Position numbers and translations under genes: made by a program. A stretch of DNA of 17,082 bases from Chthonomonadales bacterium (lineage in GTDB: Bacteria > Armatimonadota > Chthonomonadetes > Chthonomonadales > Chthonomonadaceae), in assembly GCA_038217285.1 (NCBI GenBank), contig JBBQPO010000124.1, forward strand, positions 1 through 17,082, read 5' to 3'. Positions 9,620 to 16,943 of the stretch are shown one piece after another. A model generated the notes under the pieces. That model was given only the letters and a program-made list of their open reading frames with translations, was not told where the DNA came from and made no database searches. Numbering within the stretch: the stretch's first letter is position 1; each line of letters opens with the position of its first letter.

Positions 9620-10909
9620 TTATCGACCGAGATGCGTCAGCACGGCGGCGGCGGTACGCTGACCGGAGACAAGCGCTCCGTTCAGAGAACTGGACACCGT
9701 GATCTCGCCGCCAAGAAAGAGGCCCTCGGTATCGGTTTCGGTGGCAGGCAGGCGGTCGAAGATTCCCATCGGCTGGCGAAACTGTGCCCACGGGATCCGA
9801 TAGACCTTGAGGAGCTGCCATTCGTCCGGGTTGGAGTCCTGAAAGTGAGGCGCGATCTCGCCTTTGGCGCGGCGGGCCAGCTCCTCGTCCGGCAGGAGAG
9901 AGTTCCCCAGAACGGACACCGAGAGCAGATATTTGCCCTTGGCCGCATACGAGGGCGCGACGTTCGACATCATGGCGGCGTTGTTGACGAGCGGCTGGCC
10001 CTCGGCATGCGTATTCGGTTCGGCGAAGAGCAGAATCGACTTACTCGCCTTCAGCGGCTTCGGCACGAGAAAGTAGAGACAGGTGACGGAACGATACTCT
10101 GTCGGCAGGCGGAGTCCGGTCAGTCGGGCCGCCGTTTCGCCATCGGTCGCGACGACGACCGCATCGGCCTCGACTGTCTCGCCGCCTTCGAGTCGTATGC
10201 CCGTCGCCCTTCCCTCTTCCCGCAGCAGTTCCACGACAGGACTGTTCAGATGAACGGTATCCGGCGTCAGGTCTTTCGCGATCTGGCGCGGAATGGCGCC
10301 CATCCCCTTTTCCGGGACGGCGGTACGGCCTTCTATGAGCATCTTCCAGATGAAGCCGAACATGCGTACGCTGGTCTGCATACTATAGTCGAGGAATATG
10401 CCGGCGAAGAACGGTCGAATGAAGCGATTGAGGAATTTGTCGGTGAAGCCGTACTCGCGCAGATAGTCTTCCATCGACATGTCGGGGTATTCGGAAATCT
10501 CTTTCAGGCTGACCTTACGAATATCCCGCCGCAGGCGCAGGACATTCATCTTATCCCGCAGGGTTATCAGCGGAGTGAGCGCGGACTCCAGCAGTTGACT
10601 GGGCTGGCGCAGCGGATCGCCCAGACTGTAGCGCTCCCCGCGCCAGAAGACGACCGCTCCGGCATCGAAATACTGAAGCTTGAGCGCTTCCAGGTCGAGC
10701 TCCTGCTGGACAGCGGGATAGGCCGTGAGTAGCACCTGAAAGCCCCGGTCGAGCCGACAGTTCGACACGATGTCTGTACGTACTCGCCCCCCGATCCCAT
10801 CGGATGCCTCGTAGAGATGGGCTTCTACACCCGCCCGTTGCAGCGTTCGGGCGCAACAAAGGCCCGCCAGCCCGCCTCCCACCACGACAACCTTCTGACC
10901 TTCCGCCAT
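9620..10909 (-). CDS. FAD-dependent oxidoreductase (amine oxidase / protoporphyrinogen oxidase-like)
   Basis: VVVVGGGLAGL, EASDGIGGRVRTD, LDRGFQVL, C-terminal FLGGE...SLNGALVSG. Start reassigned to ATG 10909 (MAEGQK) with GGAG upstream. Confidence 0.9.
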   Translation of the reverse strand: MAEGQKVVVVGGGLAGLCCARTLQRAGVEAHLYEASDGIGGRVRTDIVSNCRLDRGFQVLLTAYPAVQQELDLEALKLQYFDAGAVVFWRGERYSLGDPLRQPSQLLESALTPLITLRDKMNVLRLRRDIRKVSLKEISEYPDMSMEDYLREYGFTDKFLNRFIRPFFAGIFLDYSMQTSVRMFGFIWKMLIEGRTAVPEKGMGAIPRQIAKDLTPDTVHLNSPVVELLREEGRATGIRLEGGETVEADAVVVATDGETAARLTGLRLPTEYRSVTCLYFLVPKPLKASKSILLFAEPNTHAEGQPLVNNAAMMSNVAPSYAAKGKYLLSVSVLGNSLLPDEELARRAKGEIAPHFQDSNPDEWQLLKVYRIPWAQFRQPMGIFDRLPATETDTEGLFLGGEITVSSSLNGALVSGQRTAAAVLTHLGR

Positions 10910-10933
10910 TCCACGCTCCACAAGACATATTTT

Positions 10934-11078
10934 GTGACACTCCCCGTGGACTAAAGTCCAGGGGCTTCTAACACTCGTTAGCAACATGCCGGGTGTCAGG
11001 CAGGACAGAACCCGTTTCTCCGAGGGCTACCCCAGGATCCGGCTGTTACCCGTCTGCCCTTCCGCACCTGAATGCCGT
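10934..11078 (-). ncRNA. Stand-alone IS200/IS605 right-end / TnpB omega-RNA-like element
   Basis: Minus strand ends GAAGCCCCTGGACTTTAGTCCACGGGGAGTGTCAC, a subterminal hairpin plus TCAC end motif. It has further stems whose G-U pairs work only on the minus strand, and a possible UGACAC/GUGUCA pseudoknot. No tnpA or tnpB is present in the window. Confidence 0.7.
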
Positions 11079-11083
11079 AGGAG

Positions 11084-11092
11084 AGTATACCA
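11084..11092 (-). promoter_or_regulatory. Extended -10 promoter (TGgTATACT) upstream of the omega-RNA-like element
   Basis: Plus-strand AGTATACCA at 11084-11092. No convincing -35 at 17-bp spacing. Confidence 0.55.
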
Positions 11093-11102
11093 CTCCCACC
11101 GC

Positions 11103-11131
11103 TTGCAATGTCGGGGCAGAGGCGTTACAAT
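11103..11131 (+). promoter_or_regulatory. Sigma70-type promoter of the BolA-like gene
   Basis: TTGCAA-N17-TACAAT, followed by RBS AGGAGG (11141-11146) and ATG at 11153. Confidence 0.7.
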
Positions 11132-11152
11132 ATCGGACAGAGGAGGTTCTCT

Positions 11153-11467
11153 ATGACAACAGAGGAGTTGAGCGCGCTGCAGACGCGCCTGGAAGAGGTT
11201 GTACGGCAGGGTTGGGGCTTACGTGACCCGGACGTTCAGGTGTCCAGCGTGCTGCGAGACGGCAACAAAATCGACATGACGGTGATCTCGGCTCTGTTCT
11301 CCGGTCTGGAGGGCCGGGAACGGGAGGCCTTCTTCTGGCCCGTCTTCGACCCTCTCCCGAAATACGATCTGCTCTATATGACCTACTGCCTTCTGCTCAC
11401 GCCGGAAGAGGCCGTCCGTATGGGCGCTCCCTCCCTCGGCAGAGACAACGCGGACGACTGGGCGTAA
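11153..11467 (+). CDS. BolA-like small protein
   Basis: VISALFSG...ERE...LLTPEE resembles BolA V(I/V)SxxFxG...R...TPEE. Strong RBS supports the start at 11153. Confidence 0.6.
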   Translation: MTTEELSALQTRLEEVVRQGWGLRDPDVQVSSVLRDGNKIDMTVISALFSGLEGREREAFFWPVFDPLPKYDLLYMTYCLLLTPEEAVRMGAPSLGRDNADDWA

Positions 11468-11476
11468 TGACCGATT

Positions 11477-11501
11477 CTGACCCGCTGCAAGCAAGGGTCA
11501 G
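11477..11501. terminator. Possible hairpin between convergent genes
   Basis: CTGACCC-N11-GGGTCAG, with no U-tract. Confidence 0.25.
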
Positions 11502-12556
11502 GGCGTGTCTTTATGGATAAGGAGAGCGGTGGGAACGGTGACGAAGGCGGGGCGGGTTTCGATGTAGGCGTCCTGAGAGGAGGACTGCTGTGTATCGCGG
11601 TAGACGAGTTGGGAGGAGGAGCCGCCGTCCAGGCAGAGCGCGTCGGTGCATTCGGTATGGTGGACGGCGCGGAAGTAACGCTGCAGGCAAGCGGCGACAT
11701 CGGCGAACGTCATCTGCACAGCAATGCCCAGGACCAGATGGCGCGGGCGAGCGCTGCGGCCCGTTCCCTCGACATCGTAGGCGACGAATGTGCGCGGCAG
11801 AGCCCGAGGGCTGACGAGCCGCTCCTGCCGGTCGGTGATGAGAAGGACTCCCTTCGCAATCAGACGGGGTCCACAGGCGACTGCGGAACGCAGATTCCAG
11901 ATTTGGTTGGAGATGGGATTGAGGGGCTGGTTGACGGCATGTACGCTACTGTCGCGGTCGGAAGTAAGCCAGCCGATGCGGGGCGTCCCGGCGGCCGTAA
12001 AGCCCAGCGCCGCCCGCACGAAATGATTGTCGGGGTTGGAAGGCGAGCGCACTTTGCGCCCCGGATTGCGTATCTGCCCATCGGTCATGAGCAGACCCAT
12101 GATCTCTTTACTGTCGCCCTGCGTTTTCCCGAAGAAGCCGCCGTTGATCCCGCCCAGCGCATGTTGCGCAACGCACCACTCCCGAACCGTATGCGCGGCG
12201 CCGACGATAGCGCCGCCCGCCTGTTTTCCTACATTCTCCGCCGCCACATCGACATGGATGCCGGGCGTCCGGAGATCGACGTCGAGTAAGAGCGCATCGG
12301 ACGGTGTGCTTCCTACAAGGGGGCTGCCCTCCGGCACATAGTGGTAGAAGACGCCCTGCGCCACCGTCACGGTTCGCGCGCCCGATGTCGCTGCCTGGCG
12401 ATGGTGCATCCACTGCCACCCGCCGAAGGCCAGTGCAACGCCTAGCAGCGAAGCCAGCGCCGCCGGACGAACACGTCCACGCCGCACGGGGAAGCCGTCG
12501 TGAGGCAGGGAAGGTTCGGAACCTATCGGAGGCCTGCGTGGCGATTCCAGAAACAT
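11498..12556 (-). CDS. Phosphodiester glycosidase (NAGPA/DUF2233-like) with N-terminal membrane anchor
   Basis: GGINGGFF, GPRLI, PRTFVA and ALCLDGGSSSQL motifs. Hydrophobic ALASLLGVALAFGGW near the N-terminus. Confidence 0.85.
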   Translation of the reverse strand: MFLESPRRPPIGSEPSLPHDGFPVRRGRVRPAALASLLGVALAFGGWQWMHHRQAATSGARTVTVAQGVFYHYVPEGSPLVGSTPSDALLLDVDLRTPGIHVDVAAENVGKQAGGAIVGAAHTVREWCVAQHALGGINGGFFGKTQGDSKEIMGLLMTDGQIRNPGRKVRSPSNPDNHFVRAALGFTAAGTPRIGWLTSDRDSSVHAVNQPLNPISNQIWNLRSAVACGPRLIAKGVLLITDRQERLVSPRALPRTFVAYDVEGTGRSARPRHLVLGIAVQMTFADVAACLQRYFRAVHHTECTDALCLDGGSSSQLVYRDTQQSSSQDAYIETRPAFVTVPTALLIHKDTP

Positions 12557-12711
12557 ACGACAACCTCCGGGCAGACACAGAGACGAATCGGCGTCAAGAA
12601 GGTCGCAGCGGAAACTCTCCTTCTGCCTTCCTCGTTATCCATACTTCGGCTCAATTCCTGCTCAACAGGAATTATTCCTGCTGGAATTTGCCGTCCGTAA
12701 ACGAGAGGCTC

Positions 12712-12740
12712 TTGACGCGCGCAAGCAAGCCGCATATAAT
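12712..12740 (+). promoter_or_regulatory. Near-consensus sigma70 promoter
   Basis: TTGACG-N17-TATAAT upstream of the BatA-vWA gene. Confidence 0.8.
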
Positions 12741-12805
12741 GGGCGAACCCGACCGATTCGGGGGGCTGCTATGGTTCTGAAGGCGGAAAGCCCGTCGGAA
12801 GGGAA

Positions 12806-14965
12806 GTGCGAAACGTGAACGGTTTCGGCTTGCTGAATGCGGAGTTATGGCCGTGGCTGCTGGCGTTGGGGGTGCCGATCCTGATTCACCTCCTGACGCG
12901 ACGGACCCACCGGACGGTCATTCTGCCGACGTTTCGCTTCTTGCAGCGATCGCTGGCGCAGCAGTCGCAGGTGTTCAAGTTGCGGCGCTGGCTGCTGCTG
13001 GCCCTACGTCTGGCTCTGGTGCTGTTTCTTGTGCTGACTTTCCTCAAGCCGACCCGGACGGCGCCGCTCGCCGCGAAAAGCGGTCGCCGTGCGCTGGTGG
13101 TCGTCCTGGACCGTTCTCTCTCGATGGCCTATACGCAGGGTGGCGTCGAGTCGCTTGCCCGGGTGCGGAGCGAGGCGACGGCGCTGCTGGACGATCTGCA
13201 CTCCGCAGACGTCGCCGATGTGATTTTGGCCGGGGCCGCGCCACAGGCGGTGCTGCCGAAATTGAGTGGGGATTTCGGTACGTTGCGTCAGGCGGTCAAG
13301 AGCGCCCAGGCCGGTGCGGAGCGCGGGGATATGGCGGCGGCGGTGGCGCAGGCGGTGGAGATGCTGGCGAAGTCCGACGCGCCGGATCGCACACTTGTCC
13401 TGGCCTCCGACTTCCAGCACACCAACTGGGCCGATGTCACCTTCGACAGTCTGCCGCCCGATGTCAAACTGGTCACCGTCAGTTCGGACAGCGGGGAGCG
13501 CGAGAACGCCGCCGTGACCGGCGTGAAGCTGCGCCCCGCTGTCCCGGTCGCCGGGGAGGAAGCCCAGGTCGTGGCCGAAGTGTGGAACGGGTCGCCCCGG
13601 TTTCGCTCCCTGCCCATTACGATAACCTCTGCACGGGAAGAGGGCCCCGCGCCGCCGCCGCAGACAGCCGCGCTGAGCCTGCCGCCCTACACCAGCGGGA
13701 CCGTCAGCTTTCCCGTGACCTTTGCCGAGGCGCGCCGCTATCGGGTCGTGGTCCGGGTTCCCGCCGACGCGCTTCCCGCCGACGATGCCCGGTACCTCGT
13801 CGCCGATCTGCACCACTCGCAGACCGTGGTGCTGCTGACGGACGAGGCGCTGAACGGCAGCCCAACGGGCGCCTATTTCCTCTCGCGCGCTCTGAATCCC
13901 GTTCCGGATCAACCTGGCGGGATTCGTGTCCTGGCCCGCCATGCGACGGCGCTGACGGAGGCCGATCTCAAGACATGCGATGCCGTTCTGCTTGAAGCCG
14001 TGACCACGATGCCCGCCGACCGCATGCCCATGCTGGCGAAGTATGTGGAGAACGGGGGAACGCTGCTGGTCTTCGCGGGCGGGCCGAACTTCATCGGGCA
14101 GATGCAGGCCCTGGGGCGCCTCGGCAAGAACGGCGATGGCCTGCCCTTTCTGCCGCAGTCAGCGCTCGACGTCTCGCAGCGTGGGAAGGGCTATCTGACG
14201 CTGACCGAAGCCCGCTACGACAGCCCGCTGCTAAAGCTGTTCAAGAACCCCGAGGCCGCCGATCTGGGCAAAGTCCATTTCACGCGCCTCTATCTGACGA
14301 CCGAGCCGGACAAACGCGCGGAGGTGCTCCTGAAGTTCGAGGACGGGACGCCCGCCGCCGCCCGCCGCAACTTCGGGGCGGGCAGCATCCTGGTCTGCAA
14401 CTTCTCGACGGCCCCGACTGACAGCGACCTGCCCCGGCAGGAGTTTTTCCCGCCCCTCCTCCATGAGTTCCTGAAGGGCCTGACCGACAAGGGCGGCGAC
14501 CGCCGCGAGTTTTTCCCCGGCGGCTCGGCCTCCACGACCCTGGACGCGGAGCAGGTGCGCGGCAGCATCACCTGCCTGGACCCGAACAGCGAGCCGGAGC
14601 GCGTCCTGGTGGACAGACCGAGCGGCGGCGTGATCGTCGAGCGCGTGGACAGGCTCGGTTTCCATGCCGTCTTCGCGAATGGGCAGTCCGTCGCGACGCT
14701 GGCGGTGAACGCGCACCCGGATGAGAGCGACCTGCGCACGATAGATCCGCGGGAACTGCAGAGCAAGCGCGCGAAACATGCCTCCTACGCCGTCCATGCC
14801 GGGGCAGTCGGGGCAGGCTCCGAACTGGACAGCCTGCGTCACGACCGTCCGCTCTGGCCCTGGTGTCTGCTCGCCGTGCTGCTCTTCCTCCTCCTGGAAC
14901 ACGCCGTCGCCGCGTTCGGTGGGCAGGCGCGCCTCCGCCCCGCGCCACCCGCAGCGAAGTTGTAG
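12806..14965 (+). CDS. BatA N-terminal domain + vWA domain membrane protein
   Basis: LGVPILIHLLTRR...PTFRFL...WLLLALR (BatA double TM), MIDAS VLDRSLSM, VLASDFQ, Ig-like and GATase-like middle region, and C-terminal LWPWCLLAVLLFLLLE TM. Start is GTG 12806 or 12815. Confidence 0.88.
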   Translation: MRNVNGFGLLNAELWPWLLALGVPILIHLLTRRTHRTVILPTFRFLQRSLAQQSQVFKLRRWLLLALRLALVLFLVLTFLKPTRTAPLAAKSGRRALVVVLDRSLSMAYTQGGVESLARVRSEATALLDDLHSADVADVILAGAAPQAVLPKLSGDFGTLRQAVKSAQAGAERGDMAAAVAQAVEMLAKSDAPDRTLVLASDFQHTNWADVTFDSLPPDVKLVTVSSDSGERENAAVTGVKLRPAVPVAGEEAQVVAEVWNGSPRFRSLPITITSAREEGPAPPPQTAALSLPPYTSGTVSFPVTFAEARRYRVVVRVPADALPADDARYLVADLHHSQTVVLLTDEALNGSPTGAYFLSRALNPVPDQPGGIRVLARHATALTEADLKTCDAVLLEAVTTMPADRMPMLAKYVENGGTLLVFAGGPNFIGQMQALGRLGKNGDGLPFLPQSALDVSQRGKGYLTLTEARYDSPLLKLFKNPEAADLGKVHFTRLYLTTEPDKRAEVLLKFEDGTPAAARRNFGAGSILVCNFSTAPTDSDLPRQEFFPPLLHEFLKGLTDKGGDRREFFPGGSASTTLDAEQVRGSITCLDPNSEPERVLVDRPSGGVIVERVDRLGFHAVFANGQSVATLAVNAHPDESDLRTIDPRELQSKRAKHASYAVHAGAVGAGSELDSLRHDRPLWPWCLLAVLLFLLLEHAVAAFGGQARLRPAPPAAKL

Positions 14966-14984
14966 AGGAGCCTTGAAAATGGCC

Positions 14985-15024
14985 AAGTTCCCCCAAGGAC
15001 AACGATGTTGTCCTTGGGGAACTT
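14985..15024. terminator. 18-bp inverted repeat (terminator or operator)
   Basis: AAGTTCC(C)CCAAGGACAAC-GAT-GTTGTCCTTGGGGAACTT, 20 bp after the BatA-vWA stop, followed by an AT-rich run. Confidence 0.6.
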
Positions 15025-15149
15025 ATTTGACAACAAGTCAATATCTATGACATACTCGAATGCAGAAGCCGTGTCAACTCCTCGGTCATTTACACTGATT
15101 TTTTCATGATTTCGAGATCAAATTAACGTCAAGAGGATGGTCAACACCC

Positions 15150-16367
15150 ATGTCAAGCAGGAAGTATGAGACTACACATCCTTGGATGGATTTCAAATTA
15201 GATCTTCAGCGCGCCCCCTACACTTTGTGGATGCTGCTGGGTGAGGCCGTTTCTAAGTGTGAACATATAGCTGGGGTGCCGCTCTCACCTGACTACGCTC
15301 AACGTTTACATGCAATCGATCTTGCTAAAGGCGTATGGGCGACTACAGCAATCGAAGGTAATACCCTCTCGGAAGAAGAGGTCAAGAAGCGCATCGAGGG
15401 TAAATTGCCCCTTCCGCCTTCAAAGGAGTATCTCGGTCAAGAAGTCGATAATATAGTATCGGCATTTAATGTAATAGCAAGGCGTCTCGAAACAGAAGAA
15501 TTTCCGCTTCTTAGCGTTGAACTGATTAAACAATTCAATCGATCTGTTTTGGATAAACTCGAAGTTGCACCGGAGGTAAAACCAGGGGAGGTAAGAGAGT
15601 ATTCAGTAGGGGTAGCACACTACCTGGGTGCTCCTGCGGAAGATTGCGAATATCTTCTGGAAAAGCTATGTGCCTGGTTAAATGAACCTGAATTTTTACC
15701 TGATGGTGAAAATAGCATGATGTATGGGATACTGCGCGCTATTGTAGCTCATCTTTATCTCGCTTGGATACATCCGTTTGGGGATGGAAATGGACGCACA
15801 GCACGACTTATGGAAGTTCAAGTTCTGCTTGCAACTGGAGTTCCGTCACCTGCAGCACATCTTCTTAGTAATCACTACAATCTAACTCGAACAGCATATT
15901 ACCGACAACTGGACGCAAGCAGCAAACCCGGAGTTGGGATTTTACCTTTCGTCCAGTACGCTATCCAGGGTTTCGTAGATGGACTAAAGGAACAGATTCA
16001 TACCATTCGGGAACAACAATGGGAGGTTGCGTGGAGGCAATTCATATTTGATAAATTTTCAGGAATGTCAACTGAAACAGATAAGCGCAGAAGAGATCTA
16101 GCACTTGAACTTACAAAAGCGACCCTGAATGACTATAACGAACTGATACCATTGAACAAGATTCGGCAGGTAAGTGCCACGGTCGCGTTGTTGTATGCTA
16201 ACAAAACATACAGGACGATATTACGCGACATCGACATCCTGAATCACCTTCAACTCATAAAGGTTACCTCAAAAGGAGTAAGGGCAAAAAGAGAGATGAT
16301 CCTACAGTTCCTACCTCGTAAAAGAAATCAGGCGACAACAGATCCCGCCATTAAAGACACTAAGTAG
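15150..16367 (+). CDS. Fic-family AMP-transferase, class II type, with probable C-terminal winged HTH
   Basis: Canonical HPFGDGNGRTAR motif and N-terminal inhibitory motif TTAIEGN. C-terminal ..RTILRDIDILNHLQLI.. is HTH-like. Visibly AT-richer than the flanks. Confidence 0.92.
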   Translation: MSSRKYETTHPWMDFKLDLQRAPYTLWMLLGEAVSKCEHIAGVPLSPDYAQRLHAIDLAKGVWATTAIEGNTLSEEEVKKRIEGKLPLPPSKEYLGQEVDNIVSAFNVIARRLETEEFPLLSVELIKQFNRSVLDKLEVAPEVKPGEVREYSVGVAHYLGAPAEDCEYLLEKLCAWLNEPEFLPDGENSMMYGILRAIVAHLYLAWIHPFGDGNGRTARLMEVQVLLATGVPSPAAHLLSNHYNLTRTAYYRQLDASSKPGVGILPFVQYAIQGFVDGLKEQIHTIREQQWEVAWRQFIFDKFSGMSTETDKRRRDLALELTKATLNDYNELIPLNKIRQVSATVALLYANKTYRTILRDIDILNHLQLIKVTSKGVRAKREMILQFLPRKRNQATTDPAIKDTK

Positions 16368-16456
16368 CCGTTCGGTCAACGCTCGTAGAAATTTCGGGCG
16401 TATTGATCTCGCTGAGTTCGTAGAAATTACGAACATCCAGCGGTTGGCCGCTTAGG

Positions 16457-16825
16457 TTACCTGCCGCCGATTCCCAGTAACTGTCCGGAGGGCATCAAAT
16501 GGATCGCCCGTGCCAGGTTGGGAAAACGGAACTGGAGCAGCATCCCCCCGAAATAGATGACCAGATAAGCGCTCATTCCGACACGCATCACCAGTCTCAC
16601 AAAGCGCTCTTTGCCGGGAATACGTCGGATGCGTTCGAGGCCCGCAAGCGGCACGACCACGAAACACATCTTTACCACGAAAAACGCCAACAGACTCCAG
16701 GAGGCTACAAGCGCCAGAAACGGATTGGCCTCGACCGCCTTGCCGGAATGCAGAAGATAGATCGTCGAGAGGCAGTCCAGAGTAGCCACGATCCCCACGA
16801 CCCATGTTTCCCACAACAGTCGCAT
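16457..16825 (-). CDS. DUF5658-like small membrane protein
   Basis: LDCLSTIYLL...EANPFL...FFVVK pattern with about three hydrophobic helices. Confidence 0.72.
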   Translation of the reverse strand: MRLLWETWVVGIVATLDCLSTIYLLHSGKAVEANPFLALVASWSLLAFFVVKMCFVVVPLAGLERIRRIPGKERFVRLVMRVGMSAYLVIYFGGMLLQFRFPNLARAIHLMPSGQLLGIGGR

Positions 16826-16943
16826 CGTTCATCCTTATTCACGGCAAATGGCGGACATTCTTTCTGCCGTTTACACAGTTTAGCACAAAGCCTTCCGCCA
16901 AGTACGCTCTTCCTCGCAAATACCCGGCAATAATAGCCTTTAG

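Noticed and set aside
8147-10732. Long plus-strand ORFs (419 aa and 366 aa) and similar shadow ORFs elsewhere, e.g. 3783-4646, 12847-13995, 13004-13942
   Set aside because: They are antisense or alternative-frame shadows of well-supported genes in GC-rich DNA, with no recognisable motifs.
10914-10933. Second target site for the putative guide within this window
   Set aside because: No convincing match found by eye. A genome-wide search is needed.
10910-10987. N-terminal extension of ORF 9620-10987
   Set aside because: It runs through the hairpin element. The Rossmann motif and RBS indicate the start at 10909.
12741-12805. Possible riboswitch (c-di-GMP-I-like GGCGAACC start) in the BatA-vWA leader
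   Set aside because: It lacks the GNRA-capped P2 and the GCAAA-type conserved core. An Infernal/Rfam scan would settle it.
16383-16428. Mini CRISPR array
   Set aside because: Only two 11-bp repeats and no cas genes.
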